Position numbers and translations under genes: made by a program. This document shows positions 32,423 to 42,058 of a DNA stretch of 64,000 nt, one piece after another. Below the pieces are notes generated by a model. That model searched no databases and was not told where the DNA came from. It saw nothing but the letters and a program-made list of their open reading frames with translations. How positions within the stretch are numbered: position 1 is the first letter of the stretch; each line of letters starts with the position of its first letter. Location of the stretch: the NCBI GenBank assembly GCA_965215005.1, contig CBDCCZ010000058.1, forward strand, positions 32,001-96,000, read 5' to 3'. This DNA is from Kofleriaceae bacterium. GTDB taxonomy: Bacteria; Myxococcota_A; Polyangia; Haliangiales; Haliangiaceae.

Positions 32423-33193
32423 TCAGGTTCCCGAGCGGACGCGACGATGGCCTTCGACGACCCATTGCGGCTCTTCGGCAATGGCCGTGCGATGGGTCAA
32501 ATCCAAATACAGCGGCGACACCGAAATGATACCGCGGCGCACGGCGGCGCAGTCGGAGCCGGGATCTTCGGAGAAGCCAGCCGCCCCGCCACCGATCCAG
32601 TAGTAGGGCCTGCCGCGCGGATCATGGCGCTCGGTGACATCGTCGGCGTACACTCGCTCGCCCAGATGGGTCCACTCGTAACGACCGTCGGCGTCGGGCG
32701 GCACGTTGACGTTGAGCACCGTCTTGGCAGGCATGGGATGGGCGAGGATCGAGCTCGCCAAGGCTGCTGCAAAGCGGCCGGCGTTGACGCCGCTTTCCGA
32801 GCGCCCGTCCATCGAGATCGCGAACGACGAGACTCCGCGCAGGCCCCCTTCGACCGCCGCGGCCACCGTACCTGAGTAGAAGACGTCGGTGCCGAGGTTG
32901 TAGCCGGCATTGATCCCAGAGATCACCAGCGAGGGGGGGCGTTCTGCGAGCTTGAGCACCCCGACGTAGACACAGTCGACCGGCGTGCCGCTCAACGCAT
33001 AGCGGCCACGGCCGAAGGTGCGCAGGCGCAACGGCTTGTGCAGCGTGATGGTATGCGACGCCGCCGAGCGTTCGCGTTCAGGGGCAACCACCACCACCTC
33101 TGCGCCGGTGCCCTCCTCCACCGCGGTTGCAAGGGCCTCGAGGTGCGGCGAGTGGATGCCGTCGTCGTTGGAGATGAGAATCAGCGGTTTCAT
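32423..33193 (-). CDS. surE: 5'/3'-nucleotidase SurE
   Basis: ILISNDDG, GTPVDC, SGINAGYNLG, YSGTVAAA. Confidence 0.97.
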   Translation of the reverse strand: MKPLILISNDDGIHSPHLEALATAVEEGTGAEVVVVAPERERSAASHTITLHKPLRLRTFGRGRYALSGTPVDCVYVGVLKLAERPPSLVISGINAGYNLGTDVFYSGTVAAAVEGGLRGVSSFAISMDGRSESGVNAGRFAAALASSILAHPMPAKTVLNVNVPPDADGRYEWTHLGERVYADDVTERHDPRGRPYYWIGGGAAGFSEDPGSDCAAVRRGIISVSPLYLDLTHRTAIAEEPQWVVEGHRRVRSGT

Positions 33194-33232
33194 AAAGAAA
33201 AAACGGGGGCGGTCCGATGAACCGCCCCCGTT
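33194..33232 (-). terminator. Intrinsic terminator after tRNA-Pro
   Basis: AACGGGGGCGGT-TCATCGG-ACCGCCCCCGTT followed by TTTTCTTT on the minus strand. Confidence 0.85.
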
Positions 33233-33237
33233 CCCAG

Positions 33238-33311
<74 letters not shown>

Positions 33312-33331
33312 TGGGGAGTCGTTTACCTACT

Positions 33332-33655
33332 TCATTCCTCGACCAGTCGCAAGAGCTGTTCGGCCTCGTTTCGGGCGCGCTCGAGGGCGCGTCGCATCGG
33401 CGCCGCGGTATCGCGGCTCGATAGGCGCCGCTGCGCGCCGGCGATGGTGAACCCTTCGTCGTACAGCAGATCGCGGATTCGCAGCACCAGCTCCACGTCC
33501 TTGCGCGAATACGAGCGCCGTCCCGAGGAGCCCTTCTCCGGCCGCAGTGCCGCAAAGGCGCTCTCCCAAAACCGCAAAGTCGGCGTTTCGACCCCCGCGA
33601 GCTCGGCGACCTCACCGATGCGAAAGTAGTGCTTGTCGGGGATGCGCGGGTCCAT
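33332..33655 (-). CDS. MerR-family HTH regulator (ihfA-linked)
   Basis: IPDKHYFRIGEVAEL...LRFWESAF...LLYDEGFTIAGA; conserved position after ihfA. Confidence 0.92.
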   Translation of the reverse strand: MDPRIPDKHYFRIGEVAELAGVETPTLRFWESAFAALRPEKGSSGRRSYSRKDVELVLRIRDLLYDEGFTIAGAQRRLSSRDTAAPMRRALERARNEAEQLLRLVEE

Positions 33656-33674
33656 ATGGCGACACGACGCGGCG

Positions 33675-33965
33675 CTACGGGATCGGGTGGCCGTTGAGGA
33701 CGTTCTTGAGAACCTGGCTGGGCTTGAACGTGAGCACGCGACGAGCGGAAATGGTGATCTCTTCACCGGTCTGCGGATTGCGGCCAATGCGGGCCTTCTT
33801 CTCGCGGACGACGAAGTTCCCAAAGCCGGAGATCTTGATCTTCTCGCCCTCTTCCAGGGTCGTTTTGATGGTGTTGAACACGGCTTCGACGATTTCGGCG
33901 GCTTCTTTTTTCGAAAAGCCCCCGACCTTTTCATAGACGGCCTCGATGATGTCGGCCTTGGTCAT
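33675..33965 (-). CDS. ihfA: Integration host factor alpha subunit
   Basis: MTKADII...KISGFGNF...GRNPQTGEEITISARRVLTFKPS; follows pheT. Confidence 0.95.
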   Translation of the reverse strand: MTKADIIEAVYEKVGGFSKKEAAEIVEAVFNTIKTTLEEGEKIKISGFGNFVVREKKARIGRNPQTGEEITISARRVLTFKPSQVLKNVLNGHPIP

Positions 33966-34166
33966 TCTCGCCATCCTCCGATCGCTCCTTCGCGCTGGGT
34001 CCACGCCGGACTAACTACGCGACATTACCACGATTTGATGGCATCCGGAGAAACCGCGATGGGGCCCGCGCCCGCTACGGCGCCCCATTGTTGCCGCGAC
34101 GGCCGAGCACCGCTGCTCAAGATCTGGTCACCGAGACTCGCGTGTTATCAACGTGACCTGCGAGTC

Positions 34167-36602
34167 CTACCGGCGTTGGCCGTCGATCGCCGTCAGCAGG
34201 GGACCCACGATGCCCTCGTGTACGCGATCGACCTCATCGTCGGTGAGGGTGCGCTCGAGTGAGCGATACGTCACCGTCCACAGCATGCCCTTGCGCCCCG
34301 CCGGGACCTTGTCGGGATCCCTGTACTCTTCGAGGATCTGAAAGCCCTCGACGAGCGGTTCCGCAGCGGCCCGAATGCGCGCGGCCACGACTTGCGCGGG
34401 AACCTCTTCGGCGACGAAGAACGAGATATCGCGCGTCACGGCGGGGTACTTGGGGATCGGCCGCATCTGCGCAAGCCCCGGCTGCGGCAGCTTGCCGAGC
34501 GCGCACACAAAGCCAAACACCGGCGTCTCGATGCCCAAGGCGCGCCGGGTCTCCGGGTGCACCTCGCCGACCTCGGCGACCACGGTGTCCGCGCAAGCGA
34601 CCACCGCGCTCACCCCAGGATGCCAGTACGGCAGCTCGCTCGCCGGCCGCAGCTCCAGAGGCGCGTCCGACGGCAACAGCGCCGCAAGGCACCGCTCGAG
34701 GAGGCCCTTGGCGTCGTAAAAATCGACCGGCTCTTGGTCCTCGAGCCACCCGGCCCTGCGGCCCGCTAGCACCCCGGCCAGCTCGACCGGCTCGTCTACC
34801 AGACCCGTCACTGCGCCGGGACCGCGCCGCAAGAACACGCTGCCAACCTCGAACAGCGCGATGTTGGCGACTCCAAAACTTTGATTTCGCGCCACCGCCG
34901 CCAGTAGCCCCGGCAACAGCGACGTGCGCATCACCGACTGCTCCACGGTCATCGGGTTCTGCAGCGGCACCGGCTGCATGCGGACGTCGCTGGTGGGAAG
35001 CCGCAGGCTCGCCACCCGCTGCGGCGAGGTGAAACCGAAGGTAATCGCCTCGCTCATCCCGGCGGCGACTAGCGCGCGGCGCATCGCATCGCCTCGCCGA
35101 TCTTCGCCGCGGCTCGCCACCAGCCGCGATTGCGGCAAGGTCGCCGGCACCTTGTCGTAGCCGTGGATCCGAATCAGCTCCTCGATGAGGTCGATCTCGC
35201 GATGCAGGTCGCGGCGGTACGGCGGGCACTGTATTGCCAACGTATCTTCACCGGTGACGGAAACCTCGAGCCCGAGTCGGGTGAGGATCGCCGCGGCGTC
35301 CTGCCGCGTCAGCGCCACGCCAGTCACCTGCCGGACGCGACTGGCGCGGAGCGGGACGGTGACGGCGACCGCCGGCGCTGGATACGCATCGACGACGCCA
35401 CGCTCGACGGTGCCGCCGCCGACCTCCGCCAGCAGCCGAGCGGCGCGCGCCGATGCAAGCTCCGCCAGCTCCGGGTCGACGCCGCGCTCGAAGCGCAGCG
35501 CGGCCTCGGACAGAAGCCCCAGCCGTCGAGCGGTGCGACGCACGGTGATGGGATCGAAGCAAGCGCTCTCGAGGAGCACGCGTTTGGTGGTGTCGGAGAC
35601 CTCACTGTCGCGGCCGCCCATCACACCGGCAAGCGCAATGGGCCCGCTCGTGTCACAGATGAGCAGGTCGCCGTCTTCCAGGCGCCGCTCGACGTCATCG
35701 AGGGTGACCAGCTTCTCGCCAGCGCGCGCGCGCCGCACCTCGATGCGATCACCCACGAGACGGGCGTGATCGAAGGCGTGCAGCGGCTGACCGAGCTCGA
35801 AGAGCACGTAGTTGGTAACGTCGACCAGGTTCGAGAGGGGGCGCACGCCTACCGCACGCAGCCGCTGTTGCAGCCACAGCGGCGATGGCCCGACCGTGAG
35901 CCCATCGATGACGCGCGCAGTGTAGCGCGGGCATGCTCTCGGATCGCCAATGGTCACTTCGACGTGCGAGGCGACCTCGCGGGTGCCGGTGACGTCGGTG
36001 AGGTCATACGCCGGCAGCCGAAGCTGCCCGCCGACGAGTGCGATGAGCTCGCGCGCCACGCCCAAATGCCCCAGCACGTCGCCGCGATTGGCCGGCGTGT
36101 TGAGGTCGAGCACGACATCGTCAAGCCCCAGAGCCCGCTGCGCCGGCGCCCCGAGCGGCGTCTCGGCGGCCTCCCCGTGCAGCACCACGATGCCTTCGTT
36201 AGCCTCGCCGACACCGAGCTCCTGCTCGGAACAGATCATGCCCGCCGACTCAATGCCGCGAATGCGGCGCTTGGCGATGCGGAAGTCGCCGGGCAATACC
36301 GCCCCAGGCTGCGCCCACAGCACCCGCCCGCCCGGCTCGGGTACGTTGGGCGCGCCACACACGACCTCGACGGTGGGGCCACCCGGCTGATCGCGAAGCT
36401 CCACCAGCGTGAGCGCGTCAGCGTCGGGATGCTTCTTCTTGGCCGCCACCTCGGCGACGACCACGCCGCTGAAGCCGGCGCCGAGCCGCTCGATGCCTTC
36501 GACCTCCAGGCCCGCGCCTGTGAGCGCATCGGCACCCTCTTCTACGGTGAGCTCGCGCTCGAGCGCGACGAGCTCGAGAAGCCAAGACCAAACCACCCGC
36601 AT
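34167..36602 (-). CDS. pheT: Phenylalanine-tRNA ligase beta subunit
   Basis: VCGAPN, NRGD, DVTNY, RFERGVD, DLIEE, RTSLLPGLL. Confidence 0.98.
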   Translation of the reverse strand: MRVVWSWLLELVALERELTVEEGADALTGAGLEVEGIERLGAGFSGVVVAEVAAKKKHPDADALTLVELRDQPGGPTVEVVCGAPNVPEPGGRVLWAQPGAVLPGDFRIAKRRIRGIESAGMICSEQELGVGEANEGIVVLHGEAAETPLGAPAQRALGLDDVVLDLNTPANRGDVLGHLGVARELIALVGGQLRLPAYDLTDVTGTREVASHVEVTIGDPRACPRYTARVIDGLTVGPSPLWLQQRLRAVGVRPLSNLVDVTNYVLFELGQPLHAFDHARLVGDRIEVRRARAGEKLVTLDDVERRLEDGDLLICDTSGPIALAGVMGGRDSEVSDTTKRVLLESACFDPITVRRTARRLGLLSEAALRFERGVDPELAELASARAARLLAEVGGGTVERGVVDAYPAPAVAVTVPLRASRVRQVTGVALTRQDAAAILTRLGLEVSVTGEDTLAIQCPPYRRDLHREIDLIEELIRIHGYDKVPATLPQSRLVASRGEDRRGDAMRRALVAAGMSEAITFGFTSPQRVASLRLPTSDVRMQPVPLQNPMTVEQSVMRTSLLPGLLAAVARNQSFGVANIALFEVGSVFLRRGPGAVTGLVDEPVELAGVLAGRRAGWLEDQEPVDFYDAKGLLERCLAALLPSDAPLELRPASELPYWHPGVSAVVACADTVVAEVGEVHPETRRALGIETPVFGFVCALGKLPQPGLAQMRPIPKYPAVTRDISFFVAEEVPAQVVAARIRAAAEPLVEGFQILEEYRDPDKVPAGRKGMLWTVTYRSLERTLTDDEVDRVHEGIVGPLLTAIDGQRR

Positions 36603-37636
36603 CAGAACTGCCTCAAAAAGCGCACATCGCCTTCATAGTAAAATTTGATGTCGTCGACCCCGTGGCGAAGCATCGCCATGCGCTCGAGGCCCATGCCGAA
36701 CGCAAAGCCGGTCCAGCGCTCGGAGTCGTAATCGACGTGGCCGAAGACCTCGGGATCGACCATGCCCGCCCCGCCGATTTCGATCCAGCCGGTGCCTTTG
36801 CAGAGGCGGCAGCGCGACGTGGCTTGGCGGCAGAACGAGCACTCCATGTCGACCTCGGCGCCGGGTTCGACGAACGGGAAGTAGCTCGGCCGAAACCGGA
36901 TCGTCAAATCGGTGCGGAAGAAGCGGCGCACGAAGTGCAGCAGCACTCCCTTGAGGTCCGAGAAGCGCACGCCTTCGTCGACGAGCAGGCCTTCGAGCTG
37001 GGTGAACATCGGGCTGTGAGTGGGATCGTCGTCGCGGCGATACACCACGCCGGGCGCGACGATCTTCACGGGCGGCGGCTGGGCCTGCATCGTGCGAATT
37101 TGCACCGGACTGGTGTGGGTGCGCAGAACGACGTCGCTCGAGACGTAGAAGGTGTCCTGCATGTCGCGCGCAGGATGATCTTTGCCGATGGCGAGCGCCT
37201 CGAAACAGTAAAAGTCGGTTTCGATTTGCGGCCCCTCGGCGACCCCAAAGCCGAGCTCAGCAAAGATATCGACGACCTCACTGCGCACCTGACTGAGAAG
37301 ATGCACGTGACCGGGGGGCGCGAGTCGCCCCGGCAGCGTCACGTCGATGCGGCGCGCCAGATCCGCGTGCTCGACGGCCTCTGCGAGCGCCGCGAGCTTG
37401 CCGGTCACGGCGTCGGTGATGATGTCCTTGACGCGGTTGAACGCCTCGCCGACGGCCCGGCGTTCATCGGGCGCGAGCTTGCCTAGTTGCTTCATCACCG
37501 CAGACGCTTCGCCCTTCTTGCCCAGGAACCGGGCCTGAACGTTGCGAATCTCCTGCTCGTCGGTGAGCGGAGCGATGGCGTCGGTGAAATGAGCCGCGAG
37601 CTCTTCGAGTCGCGAGATGAGCGGATGTTGCGGCAC
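36602..37636 (-). CDS. pheS: Phenylalanine-tRNA ligase alpha subunit
   Basis: HPARDMQDTFY, LRTHTSPVQ, FRPSYFPFVEP, GFAFGMGLER. Confidence 0.98.
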   Translation of the reverse strand: MPQHPLISRLEELAAHFTDAIAPLTDEQEIRNVQARFLGKKGEASAVMKQLGKLAPDERRAVGEAFNRVKDIITDAVTGKLAALAEAVEHADLARRIDVTLPGRLAPPGHVHLLSQVRSEVVDIFAELGFGVAEGPQIETDFYCFEALAIGKDHPARDMQDTFYVSSDVVLRTHTSPVQIRTMQAQPPPVKIVAPGVVYRRDDDPTHSPMFTQLEGLLVDEGVRFSDLKGVLLHFVRRFFRTDLTIRFRPSYFPFVEPGAEVDMECSFCRQATSRCRLCKGTGWIEIGGAGMVDPEVFGHVDYDSERWTGFAFGMGLERMAMLRHGVDDIKFYYEGDVRFLRQF

Positions 37637-37816
37637 CGCCGCCTCCTGCGCTGCCGGTGACTGGGGGAGCGGCTCGAGTGTTGTGCACGCGCTGCCAGCC
37701 GCTCGCGAACCAGCGCCTCCTGCAGAGAAGCAACCGGATACGCGGCCGCGGCTCGCGGCGGCTCCCCCCCAATCGACGGGACTTGGTTTGGTAGCTCGAG
37801 GCCTCTGGCACCGCCG

Positions 37817-38164
37817 CTAGGCGGTGGCGGTCTTGACGATAGCCTCGAATCCTGCCGGGTCGCTGATGGCGATTTCGGCGAGCATCTTGCGATTCACGCT
37901 GATTTCGCTGCGCTTGAGCGAGCCCATCAACCGTGAGTAGCTGTGGCCGAGCGGGCGAAGCGCGGCGTTGATGCGAGCGATCCACAGCCGGCGAAAGTCT
38001 CGCTTGCGCTGGCGGCGCGAGCGATACATGTGCATCCACGCGTGTTGCACCGACTCATTGGCGATCGCGTGGCAGCTGTTGCGCTTGCCGCGAAAGCCTT
38101 TGGCGGCCTTCAGGATACGGTTGCGGCGGCGACGGGCTTTGAAGCCTCTTTTGGCGCGGGGCAT
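37817..38164 (-). CDS. rplT: 50S ribosomal protein L20
   Basis: AKGFRG...RKRDFRRLWIARINAA...NRKMLAEIA. Confidence 0.98.
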   Translation of the reverse strand: MPRAKRGFKARRRRNRILKAAKGFRGKRNSCHAIANESVQHAWMHMYRSRRQRKRDFRRLWIARINAALRPLGHSYSRLMGSLKRSEISVNRKMLAEIAISDPAGFEAIVKTATA

Positions 38165-38200
38165 AGCACTTCCTCGTAAAGAGATGCGGCGAGTTGCCGC

Positions 38201-38401
38201 TCAGTTCGAGTACGGGAGCATCGCAGCGATTTGATGCTCTTGCGCTTTGTCGACGAGCTTGCTGCCGCGGAGCTGCCGCTTGCGCTTGGGGCTCTTGTGG
38301 GTGAGCAAGTGGCGCTTGCCCTTGCGATACATCTTGAACTTGCCGGAGCCGGTGACGCGAAACCGCTTCTTGGCGCCGGATTTGGATTTCATCTTGGGCA
38401 T
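38201..38401 (-). CDS. rpmI: 50S ribosomal protein L35
   Basis: MPKMKSKSGAKKRFRVTGSGK...HLLTHKSPKRKRQLR. Confidence 0.98.
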   Translation of the reverse strand: MPKMKSKSGAKKRFRVTGSGKFKMYRKGKRHLLTHKSPKRKRQLRGSKLVDKAQEHQIAAMLPYSN

Positions 38402-38568
38402 GAAGAGCTCTCTCTAAGGTCGACGAAAGACCCGGTATTTTGCCGATGACGCAGCAAATTACAAGCCGCGATTTGCAGTTTATCCACGATGGTCGACGCA
38501 CAGCGAGTTGCGCCATGCTCCGGCTCGCTTCACCCTCGGGCTCGCTAGTGGAGCACAACCTCGCATAA

Positions 38569-40422
38569 TCATGACGCTTCGGCCGTAATCTCCGCCCCTG
38601 AACCGCCACGGGGGGGATGTGCTTGCTCGCGCAGATGGTCGACGAATGCGTCTAGGCTCATGGTGCTCAGCTGTTGTCCGTCGCGCGCTCGCGGCGATAC
38701 CGCGCCGGCTTCGACCTCTTTATCGCCACAAACGAGCATGAACGGGATCTTCTCGAGCTGCGCGCGGCGGATCTTGGCGCCGAGCTTGTCGGCCGACAGA
38801 TCGGTCTCGACCCGAAATCCTTCGCTTCGCAGCCGCGTCTCGACCTGGCTTGCCCACGCGTCCTGCTTCTCCGATACCGTGATGACCCGTGCTTGAATGG
38901 GCGCGAGCCAGACCGGAAACTTACCGGCGTAGTGCTCCACCAGCACCGCAAAGAAGCGCTCGATGGAGCCGAGCAGCGCGCGATGGAGCATGACCACGCG
39001 GTGACGCTCGCCGTCGGCACCGACGTACTCGAGCTGGAAGCGCTCCGGCAGCTGAAAGTCGACCTGCACCGTTGAGCACTGCCATAGCCGACCGATCGAG
39101 TCGCGCAGCTTGAGGTCGATCTTCGGGCCGTAGAACGCGCCGCCGCCGGCGTCGACCTCATAGTCGAGACCAGATTTCTGCAGGACGTTCAAGAGCGCCG
39201 CTTCGGCTTCGTCCCAGACCTCGGGGTCGCCGACGAATTTCGCCGGACGCGTGGCCAAGTAGAGCTTGAAGTCGGTAAAGCCGAAGCTGCGCAGGATGTG
39301 CAGACAGAAGCCGACAACCCGTTCGAGCTCGCCGGGAAGCTGCTCGCGGGTCATGAAGAGATGCGCGTCGTCTTGCGTGAATCCGCGGACCCGCAGCAGC
39401 CCGTGGAGCACCCCGGAGCGCTCGTATCGATACACGGTTCCAAGCTCTGCCCAGCGATACGGCAGCTCGCGATAGCTGCGCAGCCCCTTCTTGAACATGG
39501 TGCAGTGAAACGGGCAGTTCATCGGCTTGACTAGATAGTCGGTGCCTTCGACATCCATGCCCGCGTACATGTTTTCTTTGTAGAACTCGAGGTGGCCGGA
39601 AACCTTCCAAAGCTCGTCCTTGGCGACGTGCGGGCTCGCTACCAGCTCATAGCCGTTGGCGTAGTGCTCTTGGCGCCAGAACTCTTCCATCTGATAGCGA
39701 ATTCGCGCGCCTTTTGGGTGCCATAGCACCAGACCACCGCCAATGGTCTCATCGATCGAGAACAGGTCGAGCTCTTTGCCGAGCTTGCGATGGTCGCGCT
39801 TCTTTGCCTCTTCCAGCTGGTTGAGATACGCGCGCAGCTCCTTCTTATCGAAGAATGCGGTGCCGTAGATGCGCTGCAGCATCTTGTTGCGCTCGTCACC
39901 TCGCCAGTACGCGCCGGCCACGGAGAGCAGCTTGAAGGCTTTGATGGCCTTGGTGGTCTCGACGTGGGGGCCGCGACATAGATCGAACCAGTCGCCGGTC
40001 TTGTAGAGACTGATCGTGGCGTCCGGCGGCAGCGAGCCGATGATTTCGACTTTGTAGTGCTCGCCGAGCTCTTCAAAGATGCGCAGCGCCTCGTCGCGAG
40101 CAACGACATGCCGCTCGAAGGTCTCGTCGGCGGCGATGATGGTCGCCATCTCGGCCTCGATGCGCGCCAGGTCGTCTTCAGTGAACGGCGCGTTGACGTC
40201 AAAGTCGTAATAGAAGCCGGTCTCGATGGCTGGGCCGATGGTGACCTTGGCAGTCGGAAACAGCCGCTGCACGGCTTTGGCCATGACGTGCGCGGTGGAA
40301 TGCCGAAGCGTCTGCAGGGGCGATAGCTCTTCAGCGGCGCCGACGACCTCGTCGATCAGCTCCTGATCGATGGTTGTCGCGGCAGCGCCAGCACCGACCG
40401 GTTCGTTGGACTCGTTGGACAT
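38569..40422 (-). CDS. thrS: Threonine-tRNA ligase (no N-terminal TGS domain)
   Basis: RHSTAHVMA, DLCRGPH, KPMNCPFH, RVRGFTQDDAH, FYGPKID, HRALLGSIERF. Confidence 0.98.
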   Translation of the reverse strand: MSNESNEPVGAGAAATTIDQELIDEVVGAAEELSPLQTLRHSTAHVMAKAVQRLFPTAKVTIGPAIETGFYYDFDVNAPFTEDDLARIEAEMATIIAADETFERHVVARDEALRIFEELGEHYKVEIIGSLPPDATISLYKTGDWFDLCRGPHVETTKAIKAFKLLSVAGAYWRGDERNKMLQRIYGTAFFDKKELRAYLNQLEEAKKRDHRKLGKELDLFSIDETIGGGLVLWHPKGARIRYQMEEFWRQEHYANGYELVASPHVAKDELWKVSGHLEFYKENMYAGMDVEGTDYLVKPMNCPFHCTMFKKGLRSYRELPYRWAELGTVYRYERSGVLHGLLRVRGFTQDDAHLFMTREQLPGELERVVGFCLHILRSFGFTDFKLYLATRPAKFVGDPEVWDEAEAALLNVLQKSGLDYEVDAGGGAFYGPKIDLKLRDSIGRLWQCSTVQVDFQLPERFQLEYVGADGERHRVVMLHRALLGSIERFFAVLVEHYAGKFPVWLAPIQARVITVSEKQDAWASQVETRLRSEGFRVETDLSADKLGAKIRRAQLEKIPFMLVCGDKEVEAGAVSPRARDGQQLSTMSLDAFVDHLREQAHPPRGGSGAEITAEAS

Positions 40423-40612
40423 GAGCCGCCGATCATGAAGCGAGAGCGCTCGTGCGTCTAGTGATTGACGACGGAAGTCGTGAACCGCTAGCAACGCAAC
40501 AATCGGCCGAGACGCCGAGCCACAGAAGCCGAAAGCGAGGCTCGGCGCTAAACGCCACCGCCGCGATCGTCGGCCAGCGGCGGGGCACCAACTCGGGTGC
40601 CCCGCGCGGCCT

Positions 40613-40688
<76 letters not shown>

Positions 40689-40710
40689 GGTCGCTGCTTA
40701 CGAGGCGAGG

Positions 40711-40739
40711 TTATTAGTCCGTGCCGCGAGCCATGTCAA
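40711..40739 (-). promoter_or_regulatory. Sigma-70 promoter for tRNA-Val/thrS
   Basis: TTGACA-17 nt-TAATAA on the minus strand just upstream of the tRNA. Confidence 0.75.
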
Positions 40740-40764
40740 GGTTGGCTGCCGACTTCAGGGTAGA

Positions 40765-42051
40765 ATGTTTCCCCACGTGCGGACGTTCTGGTTCATCGCG
40801 CGCGGCTTTGTCGTCGCGTATTTCCTCGTTAAGCACGCCGTTTGGTGGACCGCGGGCTGGTTGGCCTTGCTCCTTGGTCGACGCGGCAAGGCGCGGCGGC
40901 AAGCCTGGCTCGCCCAGCGCGTGACGGCGCTGCTCATCGACCTCGGCGCCACCTTCGTCAAGGTCGGCCAGATTCTCAGCACCCGACCCGATCTCTTGCC
41001 GCCCTATCTCATTACTGCGCTCGAGCGGCTGCAGGATGACGTCGGCGCCTTTGCCTACCAGCACGTCGAGGCAACGCTGCGAGATGACTTTGGCGCGCTC
41101 CCCGAGGCGCTGTTTGCCCAATTTGACCGCGAGCCGTTGGCCTCGGCCTCGGTGGCGCAGGTGCACCGCGCTGTGCTGCACGATGGAACCGTCGTCGCGG
41201 TGAAGGTGCGGCGGCCGGGTATCGAGCGGGTGGTGCAGTTCGACCTGGTCGTGATGCGCGGCTTCGCCCGCGCAATCTCGCTGCTTCCTACGATTCGCCT
41301 ATTCGCTCCGGTCGAAAGCGTCGATGAGTTTGCGCGCGCGATTCGCATGCAGATCGACCTCACCATCGAAGCAGCCAACAATCGTCGCTTTCGCGCCAAC
41401 TTCGCGGCCCACCCGGAGGTGACGTTTCCGGCGCTCATCGATGCGCTGTGCTCGCCGCGCGTGTTGACGATGACCTTCATCGACGGCGTGAAAATCCTCG
41501 ACGTCGGCAGCATCGATGCGGATCCGCGGCGGGTCGCGCGCATCGGCTTCGAGACGCTACTCAAGATGGTGTTCGAAGATGGTTTCGTGCACGCGGATCT
41601 CCACCCAGGCAACCTCTTCGTGACCCGCGACGGCAACGTCGCGATCCTCGATGTCGGCCTCACCGCCGAGCTCGATTCGGTCCATCGTGTCGCGTTCGCG
41701 CGCTACTTTGGCGGTTGGGCGCAAGGCGATGGCAAGGTCATGGCGCGACTCATGGTCGAGCTGTCACCAAGCGCCAAGGTGCGCGACTACGCCGCTTACG
41801 AGGCCGATATCGTCGCTATGGTGGATCGGTTTCACGGCAAGGCGCTCGGCGATGTCGAGGTCTCGCAAGTGGCGTTCGAGATGATGAACATCCTCCGCCG
41901 CCACCGGGTGCGCGTGAATCCGACCTACACCATGTGCAATATCGCGATCGCCGTGACCGAAGGCATCGGCAAGCAGCTGGCCCCGGACCTCGACCTGATG
42001 AGCGCCACCCTGCCCTACTTCGTCAAGCTGCAGAGCCGCGCGGCGAGCTAA
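40765..42051 (+). CDS. ABC1/UbiB/AarF family atypical kinase
   Basis: [42 protein letters not shown]; start may be GTG 40777. Confidence 0.95.
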   Translation: MFPHVRTFWFIARGFVVAYFLVKHAVWWTAGWLALLLGRRGKARRQAWLAQRVTALLIDLGATFVKVGQILSTRPDLLPPYLITALERLQDDVGAFAYQHVEATLRDDFGALPEALFAQFDREPLASASVAQVHRAVLHDGTVVAVKVRRPGIERVVQFDLVVMRGFARAISLLPTIRLFAPVESVDEFARAIRMQIDLTIEAANNRRFRANFAAHPEVTFPALIDALCSPRVLTMTFIDGVKILDVGSIDADPRRVARIGFETLLKMVFEDGFVHADLHPGNLFVTRDGNVAILDVGLTAELDSVHRVAFARYFGGWAQGDGKVMARLMVELSPSAKVRDYAAYEADIVAMVDRFHGKALGDVEVSQVAFEMMNILRRHRVRVNPTYTMCNIAIAVTEGIGKQLAPDLDLMSATLPYFVKLQSRAAS

Positions 42052-42058
42052 CTATGAC

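Noticed and set aside
33332..33934. 200-aa ORF-track version of the MerR gene and extended starts for surE, HU, thrS and DUF4105
   Set aside because: Extensions overlap ihfA, tRNA or promoter regions; shorter starts match family N-termini
37641..37816. SRP RNA, 6S RNA or T-box in the rplT-pheS gap
   Set aside because: Lacks the SRP domain IV motif, the 6S central bubble and length, and the T-box UGGNACC/terminator
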